Origin: Desulfobacterales bacterium
Lineage (GTDB): Bacteria; Desulfobacterota; Desulfobacteria; Desulfobacterales; G963662235
DNA length: 64,000 bases
Direction of reading: 5' to 3'
Assembly (NCBI GenBank): GCA_963662235.1
Contig: OY759308.1
Span: forward strand, 182,109 to 246,108
Both the position numbers and the translations under genes were made by a program. The notes beneath the pieces are model-generated. The model saw only the letters and a list, made by a program, of their open reading frames with translations, was not told where the DNA came from and did no database searches. The stretch's first letter is position 1. Every line of letters starts with the position of its first letter. This document shows positions 27,301 to 36,047 of the stretch, one piece after another.

Positions 27301-30300
27301 TTTCCGCTATTTTCTGAAGTTGTTGCTATCTTATTTTCTTGCTTGGTTTCTTTTTGTGTATTTGTTTTTTCATCACAATCTTCTTTTGAAATTTTACTGC
27401 CGTGAGCTTCAACGCACAATGCGTTATTTGTTATTGTTAAAACAGGTCCTTGACTACCTGAAATATTTTGCAACCATTTATAATAGACATTGTTATTTTG
27501 GATGGTTCCATTTTCAAGTTTTTTTAACATTAGAAAAGCAAAGTGAGAGCCAAAGCCTGCTGCTGTGTGAATGCCATATTCAAAGTCATCATACAGTTTT
27601 TTGTTTAGGCATAAATCTTTAAAATTATCTTCAATATTGATTAAATTTGCAATTGGAGGAATTTGCCCTTTTTGCAAAGCCTTAACAAGAACAGCGTCTT
27701 CAATTCCTGCCCCCAATGTGTGTCCTGTGTAGCCTTTGGTGTTTGCAATGGCTATTTGAGGATAATGATTTGGAAAAGCTTTTCTTAATGCATTTATCTC
27801 AGCATCTGCAGAACCTCCACGCTTTGGAGTGTAGGTTTCATGGGACATAAAAATTAGTTTTTTTGTGTAATAATCTTTATTTAGGTTATGGTTTTTTTCC
27901 ACTCTCTTAACGAATTTCTCCATTTGCACAGCCAAATGATTTACATCTATGTTGAAAGTGTGAAATCCGCTATTGCCAAGATATGAACCAAGTATTTCTG
28001 CCTGACCATTTAATCCTCTTTTTCTAAGGCACTCTTCTTTTTCTATAACAAGCCCAACTGCTCCTGCTCCAAGTATTGTTCCGTTTCTTTCTGCATCAAA
28101 AGGCTTTGCGGCTTCTTCGACTTCTTTTTTGATAGTTGCAGCTCCAAGCGATAAAAATGCAGAGCCAACCCATTGATTTTGAATGGAAGAAGTTACATTG
28201 TCCCCCCCAATAATTATAACTCTTTCACATCTTCCACATCGTATCCAATCGTTTGCTACTCCTATTGCTTGAGTTGTTGAAGCACAAGCTCCATTTAAAA
28301 GAATATTCGGACCTTGTGCTTTTATAAACCTTGCAAGATGAGCAGAGCCTAAAGGGCACATATTTGCTGCAAAATTTCTGTCAAACTGATACGAAGGATA
28401 TTCTTTGTTTCTTTCTTTAACTTTAAAAAACCAATTTGTGATTTGCTTTTTAATATTACTATCTTTAACCGATTCCATTAAATGATAATAAATATTTTCA
28501 AACTCTTCATATGGCTCTACATAGAACTTGTGATAATAAAATCTGTTCATCTCACCCATAACAGTTTCATTATTTGGAAAAGCAGAGCTGACAATTACAC
28601 CTGTTTTACCTTGCATTTCTTTTGGAAGAGCAAAACCCTCTGGAATTTGTTTTCCTAAAGAGGTTTGTTTGTAGTTCATAACAAGAGGAATGTTTGCATC
28701 TTTTAATGCTTCAATTCCTGCAGCAACAGCAAGTGCCATTGCACTGTCATATTTAAACTCAACGCCATATTCGTCATTTAAATCAAAAAAACCTAATTGC
28801 CCTGCAAGTTGGATAACATCTTCTTGATTTTCTATTTCAACAAATCTGGCATTGCCATCGGCTTGTTTAAAAAGTCTGTTTATCTTCTTTTCTGTTATTT
28901 TCTTTTTGTCGTCTTCTGAAATTGGTTCTATGAAGTTTGTGCCGTTTAATATCTTTTCAAAATTATCACTTGAAAAAACCTTTCTTGCTTTTCCAGGAAG
29001 ACCTATTGAAACACCCGAGATGACAATTTTGCCATCATAAAAATTATATTTTTCCATAGAGGCAAGAGCATCTTCTTTTTTGTGCTGTATGAACTCTTTA
29101 TATAAAACTTTATCTAACACTTCTTGATTTTGTTTTTTAAAATCTTCAAAAGCATGGCTCTTGATATATTTTTCATCTTTATCAAAAGAGAGTGTTTCTT
29201 TTTTTTCTTCAAAAGGGGTTTTGTGTATTTTATCTATATAGTTTAAAAAGTTATCAAAGCTTTTTAACTGACCAACTTTAACATCAACTGCAGGTATAGA
29301 ATCGTAATATGCTATATTGATATCTTTGAGAAGGGTTCCAAGAAGTTTATTTGGTCCAATTTCTAAAAAAAGACTTTTTTGAGCTTCATAAACATATTCT
29401 ATGCTTTTTATAAATTCCACAGGTGAGGCTATTTGTTTTGAGAGCAATTCTTTTACTTTTTTTATATCATTTGGATATGGTTTCCCTGTGACATTTGATA
29501 TGATTTTTGAATAATTTGCCGTGTTACTAAAAATATAATCATCAAGGTGTTGCTTCATTTTAAAAGCAGCATCATCAAAAAGATTAGAGTGAAATGCACC
29601 AGAGAGTTTAAGTTTTATAAAAGGTTTTTTTATCGATTTTAAAAAGTTGCAAAATTTGTCAATATTTTCTTTAGTTCCTGATATTGCTGTTTGTTTTTTA
29701 CTGTTTTTGTTTGCGATAAAAACTTCGATTGAGCTTTGTCTTATTAGTTTTTCGCTTTGTCTTTCATCAACAAACAGAACCATTATTTTGCCTTGTGTTT
29801 TGCTTGTGCACTCTTTCATTAAATCTGCTCGTTTTAAAACAAGAGACATAGAAGATTCAAAATCAAGTATGCCATTACAAAAAAGTGCTGTGTATTCTCC
29901 TATGCTATGACCTACAAAATAGTTTGGAATAATATTTTTAGTTTGCCTTAAATGCTCATAAATAGAAGCACTTGATAAAAATATTGAAGGTTGGGTATTT
30001 TCGGTAAGATTTATTTCATTATTGTCAGAAAACATTAAATCTAAAAGAGAATATCCTCGTGATTTTTTAAAAATCTCTTCGCCTTTATCCATTGTTGTGC
30101 GAATCAAAGGATATTCTTTATATAATTCTTGCATCATATAGGCAGATTGAGCTCCTTGCCCAGACAGTAAAATAATGATGTTAGATTTTGTGTGGTTTTG
30201 GTTTTTTGCAATATAAGGCTCGGTTGAAACTGCTTTTTTGGTTTTATCAAAATCTATTGTTTTTTGAAGAATAGGAGAAAAGATTTCTTCTTCTTGATTG

Positions 30301-33300
30301 TCTTTTTGCTCATTTTTTTTGCTTAGAAAGGCAGACATACTTCCTAAAACCATATGTCCGTGATTGCCACCAATTCCATTCACATTGCTTGCTAAATAAA
30401 AATTGTCTTCTATCTTTTTTAAATTTGGATTTGCTTTTAAAATAGAATTTTTTTCTACGATGGAGTTCTCTTTCGAATATGCAAAGTTTGGCAAAATAGC
30501 TTTATTCTTTGTCATAAGAAGTAATTTGTTTAGAACAACAGCAGGATTGGCCGCTTTAAAATATGCAAATTGTGATTTTGTGTTGCCGAAAAAAATGTCG
30601 TTTGGAAAACTTGTTTCAATTGCTTGTTTTTCGACTAAATCAAATAATGGGTTAGATACTCCAAAAACATCAATATATTTTATCTCATTTTTTTTTATAT
30701 TTATTTTTTCGTAACAAGTTTCAATTGCTTTGCTATATGCTTCTTCAGAAGGAGATAAAAGATGCTTTGGGACACTTGAAGAAAAAGAGATACCTTTTAT
30801 TTCACCAATGATATCAAGATTGTTTTCGCAAGCTTTTTTATAAGTTGTTAAAATTTGAACAGCAGCACCTTCTCCCATAACATATCCTTCTGCTCTTTTA
30901 TCAAAAAAATAGTTGTCGTGCGTACTCAAAAGAGAAAGCCTTTTAAAAGCTATAATAACAGCAGGATATAAATTTGCATCAACTCCTCCTGTTATTGCAA
31001 AATCGAGCTGTTTTGTTTTAAGGTTTTCCATGGCTGTTTCAAAAGCAAAGGATGAAGAAGCACAAGAAGCATCTATAACAAAATTTTTGCCATTACAGTT
31101 AAAAAAATTGGCAACTCTTCCAGATACAAGATTTGATAAAAGACCTGTTGTTGTGTCTTCGGTGGTTGGTGAAAATCTTTTTTTAAGATTTGTAAGAAGC
31201 TTGTCTGCTATAATGTTTTTGTTTTCGGCATCAAATTCTTTTATAAATTTTTCTATAAGAGGAAGCCTAACTCTTAAAATATTTTCCGATTGATGTGTCC
31301 CTGATATTGTTCCAAATATAACTCCAATATTATTTCCATATCCAAAAAAATCTTCCATTTTTGCTTGGGATATTGCCTCAGATGTTGCATCAAGTGCAAA
31401 TTTTTGTGCATTGTCTATAAACTTTGCAGTAAATGGTGGAATTTTATATTTTGTGTTATTAAATTTATAATCGTCTATAATTCCTGCTTTGATATTTGGA
31501 ATGTGATATCCAGAAAGTTTATCTTCTTTTGCATAATAGTCGTTATGGAATTTGGAAGAAGGCATTGTATCTGATATTGATGTTTTGCCACTTTTTAGCT
31601 TTTCCCAAAAATCAGAAGAATTTTTCACATTTGGTAAAAGAGTTCCCATTCCAACAGCAACAATTCTGTCTTCATTAAAATCGTAAGATAAATCATTAAA
31701 AATTTGTCTTCTTGTTTTTTTATAAGCATCGGTAAATTCTTCAATAATTGAATGATAGTTAATTCCACCAAAACCATATGAGCTTATTGCAGATGCAAGA
31801 GGCATGTTTTTATTCCATTCTTTTGCTTCTTCAATAATATAGAAGGGAGAATCTTGTAAGTTATGGCTTCTGCTTAATTCTTCAAAAAGACCATTTGGAG
31901 GGAGTGTTTTATTTTTTATTGCAAGGATTGCTTTTATAAGCCCTGCCATGCCAGCCCCACCAAGAAGATGCCCTATTTGTGACTTTATTGAACTTATTCC
32001 GATTTTATTATTTGATTGATTGTAAACAGCTTTAAGGGCTTCAATTTCTGTTATATCTCCCATAATTGTTGAAGTTCCGTGTGCTTCAATAAAATCAATA
32101 TTGTTTAAATCAAAATCGTCTCTTAAATTTTTGATACATCGTTTAAGAGCAAGAACTTGCCCATTTTGGTTTGGTGCAGCTATGGCTTTCCCTTTTCCAT
32201 CAGAGCTTGCACCTAATGCTTTTATTAAAGCATAAATTTTATCTTTGTCTCTTATGGCATCTTTTGCCCTTTTTAAGATAACAACTCCAGCTCCTTCTCC
32301 CATCACAAAACCACTTGCTCTTTTGTCAAAGGGGTATGAGCCTATGTTTGATAATGCTCCAAGTTTGCAAAAACCAACAAAGGGCTCTGGAGCAAGATGA
32401 GAATTGACTCCTCCAATAATTGCCAAATCGCTTTTCCCCGATAAGAGTTCTTTTATTCCACAATCTAAAGCTGCAAAGCTTGTTGCACAAGCTGCATCAA
32501 CTGTGTAGTTTATGCCTTCTGCTCCTAAGTGATGAGCAATTCTGCTTGCTTCTATGTTTAGTGCAACAGTATGAACAGCTTCATATTTTGAACCATCTGA
32601 AAATTTTTCTTTTAAATAGTTTTTCAATTCTTTCTTTTTTTCATCACTTAAAGATTGAAACTCGTCTATTTGGTCTAAATAATACAAGATTTCAGGATAG
32701 CTATATTTGAAATGCAAATTGTTGTTTGTTTCATTGCCAAGGCAGCTTGCAACGATAACAGAGGTGTTTTTTCTTAATTTTTTTTTAAGTTTTGTGTCTT
32801 TTTCAATTATCTTTGCATCAAGTGCTGCTTGGAGGGCTGCTTCTAAAACTAATTGTTGGCTTCTTGAAAGATTTTTTCCTTTATTTTCTTCATAGCCATA
32901 TTTTTTCTCGTCAAATGTAAAAACATTATCTTTTATTACGCCTGCAAGAGAGGTGTAGGTTTTGTCTTCTTTTTTTTTATCTTCATCATAAAAAAGGTGA
33001 AAGTTGCAAAAACGCTCACTGTTATCGTGATTTATATCTATAATTGAATATTTTTTATTTACTATGTTGTTCCAAAAGGCTTCTTTGTCTTTTGCATCTG
33101 GATAAATGCACCCAATTCCAACTATTGCTATTTCATCATTTATGATATTTTTTTCATTCGTAAGAGCTTCTAACGAATTTAGATTTTTGTGAAGGGATTC
33201 TTTGTTGTCAAAATAGTTTTGATGAAGCTCTTTTATAGGCACTGTATAATCTGAAAAAACAACAGAATCGCCTGCCATAAAGTTGCCTTTTTCAAATTGT

Positions 33301-35213
33301 TCTTTTTCGTTAAATTGCTTTAATTCTTTAAAAACATTGTTTTCAAAAATAGGCTGAAATCCTTTTGAGGCAATAAGTAGTGCCCCAATGTTGTCTTGTT
33401 CAAATTCTTTTTTCCTTTTGCCCAAGTCTATGTTGTTTCTGATTCTGTCGTTTTCTCTTTTTAATATATTTTGAGTAAAAGGTGTTTTTATAACTCTTGA
33501 GGGCAAACCAACAGAACTTCCGATTAAAGAAGTTTCTTTGTTTTCTAAAACAACTTTTTGATAAACTGGTTTTATGGCAAGAGATTCTAATATCTCTTTG
33601 GTTGCAAGATAGGCTGTGCCAACTTGAATTCCTATTTTAAAACCTTTTTCATAAAGAAAGGCACTCATTCCGCTTATGAAAAAAGAGGCTGATTTGGTAG
33701 ATATTCCTCCTGCAAAAATAAGAGTGCTTCTGTTAGGGGTTATTTGATTTTCTAAAATTGTTTCAATTGCAAGCTCCCATAGTGTGAAGCTGCTTAATGC
33801 TCCAATATGACCGCCTGCTTCTTTTCCTTCAAATATGAAATTTGTACACTCGTTTTTTACAGCATTTTTCAAAAATGATGGAGTTGGTGTGTGTAGATAG
33901 GTTTTAGTTCCAAGCTCTTCTAATTTTTTTACATTGGCAGGAGAGCCTGCTGCAAAGAGAGCAAAGGGGACTTTGTGTTTTTTTATTATTTTGATATGGC
34001 TTTCTAAAGTTGGATTTAAGGCTTCGATTCCTATCATACCTGCACCAAAAGATTTTAACTTTTCTTCGTTTTTACCTTCTGTAATAATTTTATCTGCCAA
34101 ATTTGAAGGCAAGTTTCCTAATGCAAAGAAAGGCAAAGCTCCATTTTCAAAAACAGATAAGGCAAAATTTGCATTATCGCTTATATTTGCCATAGGTCCT
34201 TGAATGAGTGGGTATTTTGTTTTGTGCTCTTTTGCCAGCGTGCTATTTTCTTGCAACGGGTCAAAATCGTCTATTAGTGCTAATTTTTCGCAAGTTTCGC
34301 TAAATAGATAATGGACTATATCTTTTAGCTTTTTTGATTTTTTTACAAAATGTTTTGCAAAAACAGCATCTTGTCCAAGATAGAAAAGGGATTGCAGGGG
34401 TTCTGTGGAATTATCATTTAATTTTTTTATATTTGATTTTATAACTTCATAAAAAGCATTTTTTGCATCAGGATTGCCAATTAGTTCTAATTCTTTGAGT
34501 TTAAGCTCTTTTGTGATTTTTGTTCCGGGCTTTGAAAAAAATCTGTAATTATACCCAAGGTTTTGTCCTAAAACTTCTGTGTTGTTGTCTTCTAAGTTTT
34601 CGATTAATTTTTTAAAATTTGAAGATAAAGGAGCTTCGTCTGCAAGAAAAAATTGAGAATCTAAAACAATTCCGCTTGCACCACTTGCAAAAATTCCTGC
34701 TGTTGTATGAATGCCAACTCCGCCTTGAACAAAAATTGGAAGTTTTGTTTTTTCTAAATAAGTTTGCATTAGCACAAAAGAAGAAAGACCAGCGCCCCTT
34801 CCTCCTGCCTCACTCCCTTTTATGATAAGAGCGTTTGGAGATATTTTGCCTAACTTTTTTTCAATTTCAATATCAATGGTTTCAATGAAAAAAGGATTTT
34901 TTATGTTTGCATCATCAAATCGCTCGATATCCTCTAATGAATCATAATAAAAAATTATGGCATCTAAATTTCTTATATTTTTTTCTTTTAAAAAATTTAT
35001 AACCTCTTTTTCTTTAAAATTTAATCTTAATCCAAAAAGATGATTTGCGTTTGAAAGCTTTGTAATTGTTTCTGTAATTTCATCACTATCTAAAAACTCA
35101 CAATCTAAAACAGGCAGTAAACCTGCATCATCAATGGCTCTAAAATATTTTTCATCAAAACAAAATGATAAACAAATTGCAGGTAATTTTGAATTTATCA
35201 CTCTTTTAAACAT
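24315..35213 (-). CDS. Single-polypeptide PUFA-synthase-like (secondary-lipid) type I FAS/PKS megasynthase: ER'-ER-KS-KS*(His-less)-AT-KS-ACP-ACP-KR-DH
   Basis: 3632 aa. Positions below were counted on the translation.
- NMO/PfaD-like domains: aa ~1-310 (IKGSEAGGRG, VQGGVGI) and aa ~333-560 (YPLIQGPMA, FEGKEAGGH, FAGGIS).
- KS1, aa ~693-1160: DAACATS (C909), EAHGTST, SQIGHLLG.
- KS2, aa ~1183-1625: DASCASS (C1384), but DVFGVSN and KSQFAYF replace the two His motifs.
- AT, aa ~1678-1965: GQGAQ, GHSIGE, GAFHS.
- KS3, aa ~2062-2565: GACAST, SHETYTP, GYTGHTLG.
- ACPs: serines in DLGIDSI at S2672 and S2775.
- KR, aa ~3063-3285: VTGGGSGIT, YTSAN.
- PKS-type DH, aa ~3340-3632: LKDHSKDDIPIFLG, DAMFQ. 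Confidence 0.85.
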   Translation of the reverse strand: MFKRVINSKLPAICLSFCFDEKYFRAIDDAGLLPVLDCEFLDSDEITETITKLSNANHLFGLRLNFKEKEVINFLKEKNIRNLDAIIFYYDSLEDIERFDDANIKNPFFIETIDIEIEKKLGKISPNALIIKGSEAGGRGAGLSSFVLMQTYLEKTKLPIFVQGGVGIHTTAGIFASGASGIVLDSQFFLADEAPLSSNFKKLIENLEDNNTEVLGQNLGYNYRFFSKPGTKITKELKLKELELIGNPDAKNAFYEVIKSNIKKLNDNSTEPLQSLFYLGQDAVFAKHFVKKSKKLKDIVHYLFSETCEKLALIDDFDPLQENSTLAKEHKTKYPLIQGPMANISDNANFALSVFENGALPFFALGNLPSNLADKIITEGKNEEKLKSFGAGMIGIEALNPTLESHIKIIKKHKVPFALFAAGSPANVKKLEELGTKTYLHTPTPSFLKNAVKNECTNFIFEGKEAGGHIGALSSFTLWELAIETILENQITPNRSTLIFAGGISTKSASFFISGMSAFLYEKGFKIGIQVGTAYLATKEILESLAIKPVYQKVVLENKETSLIGSSVGLPSRVIKTPFTQNILKRENDRIRNNIDLGKRKKEFEQDNIGALLIASKGFQPIFENNVFKELKQFNEKEQFEKGNFMAGDSVVFSDYTVPIKELHQNYFDNKESLHKNLNSLEALTNEKNIINDEIAIVGIGCIYPDAKDKEAFWNNIVNKKYSIIDINHDNSERFCNFHLFYDEDKKKEDKTYTSLAGVIKDNVFTFDEKKYGYEENKGKNLSRSQQLVLEAALQAALDAKIIEKDTKLKKKLRKNTSVIVASCLGNETNNNLHFKYSYPEILYYLDQIDEFQSLSDEKKKELKNYLKEKFSDGSKYEAVHTVALNIEASRIAHHLGAEGINYTVDAACATSFAALDCGIKELLSGKSDLAIIGGVNSHLAPEPFVGFCKLGALSNIGSYPFDKRASGFVMGEGAGVVILKRAKDAIRDKDKIYALIKALGASSDGKGKAIAAPNQNGQVLALKRCIKNLRDDFDLNNIDFIEAHGTSTIMGDITEIEALKAVYNQSNNKIGISSIKSQIGHLLGGAGMAGLIKAILAIKNKTLPPNGLFEELSRSHNLQDSPFYIIEEAKEWNKNMPLASAISSYGFGGINYHSIIEEFTDAYKKTRRQIFNDLSYDFNEDRIVAVGMGTLLPNVKNSSDFWEKLKSGKTSISDTMPSSKFHNDYYAKEDKLSGYHIPNIKAGIIDDYKFNNTKYKIPPFTAKFIDNAQKFALDATSEAISQAKMEDFFGYGNNIGVIFGTISGTHQSENILRVRLPLIEKFIKEFDAENKNIIADKLLTNLKKRFSPTTEDTTTGLLSNLVSGRVANFFNCNGKNFVIDASCASSSFAFETAMENLKTKQLDFAITGGVDANLYPAVIIAFKRLSLLSTHDNYFFDKRAEGYVMGEGAAVQILTTYKKACENNLDIIGEIKGISFSSSVPKHLLSPSEEAYSKAIETCYEKINIKKNEIKYIDVFGVSNPLFDLVEKQAIETSFPNDIFFGNTKSQFAYFKAANPAVVLNKLLLMTKNKAILPNFAYSKENSIVEKNSILKANPNLKKIEDNFYLASNVNGIGGNHGHMVLGSMSAFLSKKNEQKDNQEEEIFSPILQKTIDFDKTKKAVSTEPYIAKNQNHTKSNIIILLSGQGAQSAYMMQELYKEYPLIRTTMDKGEEIFKKSRGYSLLDLMFSDNNEINLTENTQPSIFLSSASIYEHLRQTKNIIPNYFVGHSIGEYTALFCNGILDFESSMSLVLKRADLMKECTSKTQGKIMVLFVDERQSEKLIRQSSIEVFIANKNSKKQTAISGTKENIDKFCNFLKSIKKPFIKLKLSGAFHSNLFDDAAFKMKQHLDDYIFSNTANYSKIISNVTGKPYPNDIKKVKELLSKQIASPVEFIKSIEYVYEAQKSLFLEIGPNKLLGTLLKDINIAYYDSIPAVDVKVGQLKSFDNFLNYIDKIHKTPFEEKKETLSFDKDEKYIKSHAFEDFKKQNQEVLDKVLYKEFIQHKKEDALASMEKYNFYDGKIVISGVSIGLPGKARKVFSSDNFEKILNGTNFIEPISEDDKKKITEKKINRLFKQADGNARFVEIENQEDVIQLAGQLGFFDLNDEYGVEFKYDSAMALAVAAGIEALKDANIPLVMNYKQTSLGKQIPEGFALPKEMQGKTGVIVSSAFPNNETVMGEMNRFYYHKFYVEPYEEFENIYYHLMESVKDSNIKKQITNWFFKVKERNKEYPSYQFDRNFAANMCPLGSAHLARFIKAQGPNILLNGACASTTQAIGVANDWIRCGRCERVIIIGGDNVTSSIQNQWVGSAFLSLGAATIKKEVEEAAKPFDAERNGTILGAGAVGLVIEKEECLRKRGLNGQAEILGSYLGNSGFHTFNIDVNHLAVQMEKFVKRVEKNHNLNKDYYTKKLIFMSHETYTPKRGGSADAEINALRKAFPNHYPQIAIANTKGYTGHTLGAGIEDAVLVKALQKGQIPPIANLINIEDNFKDLCLNKKLYDDFEYGIHTAAGFGSHFAFLMLKKLENGTIQNNNVYYKWLQNISGSQGPVLTITNNALCVEAHGSKISKEDCDEKTNTQKETKQENKIATTSENSGNQIETIKQIIAKQTGYETDMLEDDLDMEADLGIDSIKQVEIFGEIAEKFNFKVPEDLKLVELNTIKKLTDFIIAKTSSTQTLTSNEPKEVEQKKDTTTLKADENQIETIKQIIAKQTGYETDMLEDDLDMEADLGIDSIKQVEIFGEIAEKFNFKVPEDLKLVELNTIKKLTNFILNETSEKQEKIANTQQKEDERAQTDTQKNVKRFLIKPVTKKLEGKTKTLKNKTLLVSFDNYGFADEFAKKTDANIIEIGKNNFELFENKNNIQEELQKIKNSNIDGFIHFAPINYYFEKTQNPIKLSKAIKSFFLIVKTLQNSINKEDGIIASCAFNSVVIPYIEKNIDINPVFAGISGMLKSINKEFKNTSCKMVDFANSSNVEKTINLFINEIQTETNELEVAYKDGQRFVLKLEESKIQENTNIIKQNDTILVTGGGSGITFEILKNIGKEYKTKFIILGRSNIEEKKELQNIKDDKLISFVMQENPNMKPVEASRQAAKIKRAREVKKNIEELRSLNIDTIYKPVSVIDAKQLDEFASDIKNIDGIIHAAGVEESNFIEKKELDSFSKVFDTKILGAFNLLKSFANYRFFIAFSSVTAKFGNEGQTDYTSANDMLGKIVQKEASLNPSKQYKIYDWTAWNKIGMATKSSVEYVLKEKKISFLEPKDGIKFFLDDLLDDNIEAVFTGIDYEFDINRLLAQEKLMPFLDKISFIDENKAKFKRKLSLSYDLFLKDHSKDDIPIFLGATGIEAMAEAAFYLLNSKNKKLVAVSDFSIPYGIKILKEKDKEIEIEAVLNDNLCKCKITSFFQKKKIFNETLHYEGSFYFDNNKLPSKKIALPEFNKLQINDNLASLIYHPKRLFMEGLFKTIEEISHYDGKLLISKIMDKSDKEFFKNEKEPKFLSNVVIVDAMFQTGGIFEFLKTDMLVLPLKIANMKFYSYPKKNEEYFCITEKMSDNENTNTYKLILTDKSGNVFIEIDNFEMIKISKIDKKYSIKL
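26787..27303. repeat. Tandem duplication (309-bp period) encoding the two ACP domains
   Basis: 26787-26995 and 27096-27303 are nearly identical at the nucleotide level. The linkers between them differ. Confidence 0.9.
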
Positions 35214-35429
35214 AATCTTTTGTCCTTATAGTTTTAATTTATTTGCGTAGCTTCTTGCACGCCTATATTGCTTTGTTATTAAAGCAATAAAAATGCACTA
35301 ATCATTTTATGCAAGGTAAGATATTCATTTTTTGTACATTGGTCAAGATTTTTCATAAATGGCTTTTTTAATGGAGGATATAGCGATTGTAGAAAATATG
35401 TTCTTTGAAAAATATAAAGGTAAATTTGA

Positions 35430-35479
35430 AATGGAATTATCTGATAAGATCAAAAAGGGCAAAGAGAGGACTTGACCCC
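35430..35479 (+). mobile_element. Right-end fragment (50 bp) of the IS-like element, abutting the truncated recombinase gene
   Basis: AATGGAATTATCTGATAAGATCAAAAAGGGCAAAGAGAGGACTTGACCCC aligns with 40895-40953, including the terminal repeat. Confidence 0.75.
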
Positions 35480-35886
35480 ATTTATTGATTCTGAAAGAAT
35501 GGTAATAAATATAAAGGGTGCAAAGGGCATGAAAGATAGAATATCTTTGCTTTCGAAGCATTTGCTTGAATTATTACGAAATTACTTCAAAGCATATAAA
35601 CCTAAAAAATATCTCTTTGAAGGTCAAAATGGAGGTAAATATTTGCCAACCAGTGTGGCAAATATTTTAAAGAAAGCGGTACTGAAAGCTGGAATCTGTA
35701 AAACCGTGACTACCACATATGCTACGCCACAGTTTTGCAACTCATCTTCTTGAACAAGGCACTGATTTAAGATATATTCAGGATTTGTTGGGGCATAATA
35801 GTTCAAAAACGACTGAAATTTATACTCATGTATCAAAAAAGGCAATTGATAAGATTAGAAACCCAGTCAATGATTTTTTTGATTGA
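35480..35886 (+). pseudogene. Tyrosine recombinase (XerC/D-like), 5'-truncated and frameshifted C-terminal fragment
   Basis: ...IDSERMVINIKGAKGMKDRISLLSKHLLELLRNYFKAYKPKKYLFEGQNGGKYLPTSVANILKKAVLKAGI.KTVT / frameshift near 35710 / [56 protein letters not shown]. The catalytic-region motifs KDR, H.LRH, LLGH and IYTHV are present. Confidence 0.85.
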
Positions 35887-35980
35887 GGAGATCAAAATGA
35901 TAAAAGAAAAATATATACAATTGTGCTTAGCCCGCCAGTTTGGAGAAATAAACACAATAGAGTTTACACAATCGTTAGCG
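35887..35980 (+). other. attI-like junction, copy 1, ending in core site GTTAGCG (35974-35980)
   Basis: This 94-bp segment follows the recombinase stop and is duplicated at 42278-42371. Strong similarity between the copies falls off just past the GTTAG core. Confidence 0.6.
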
Positions 35981-36047
35981 CCAAGTATAGAAAAAACCGT
36001 GCAACAGTAAATAATAATTGAACCAATATCAGGTAATAAATAAACAA

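Noticed and set aside
35258-35276. Sigma-54 promoter-like TTGCACG-N6-TTGCT near the megasynthase start.
   Set aside because: - The -24 GG is replaced by TG.
- The spacing is 2 nt too long.
- It points away from the minus-strand PKS gene.
35480-35886. Calling the recombinase fragment a canonical integron integrase (IntI).
   Set aside because: - The interval between GAKGMKDR and HMLRHSF is only about 62 aa, which leaves no room for the IntI-specific insertion.
- The N-terminal half is missing, so only 'XerC/D-like tyrosine recombinase' is supportable.
35963-35991. Sigma-70-like promoter TTTACA-17 nt-TATAGA spanning the first core site, as a Pc-like cassette promoter.
   Set aside because: - The -10 lies in cassette-specific sequence.
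- The second copy of the junction (42354-42382) has no equivalent, so it cannot be a conserved platform promoter.
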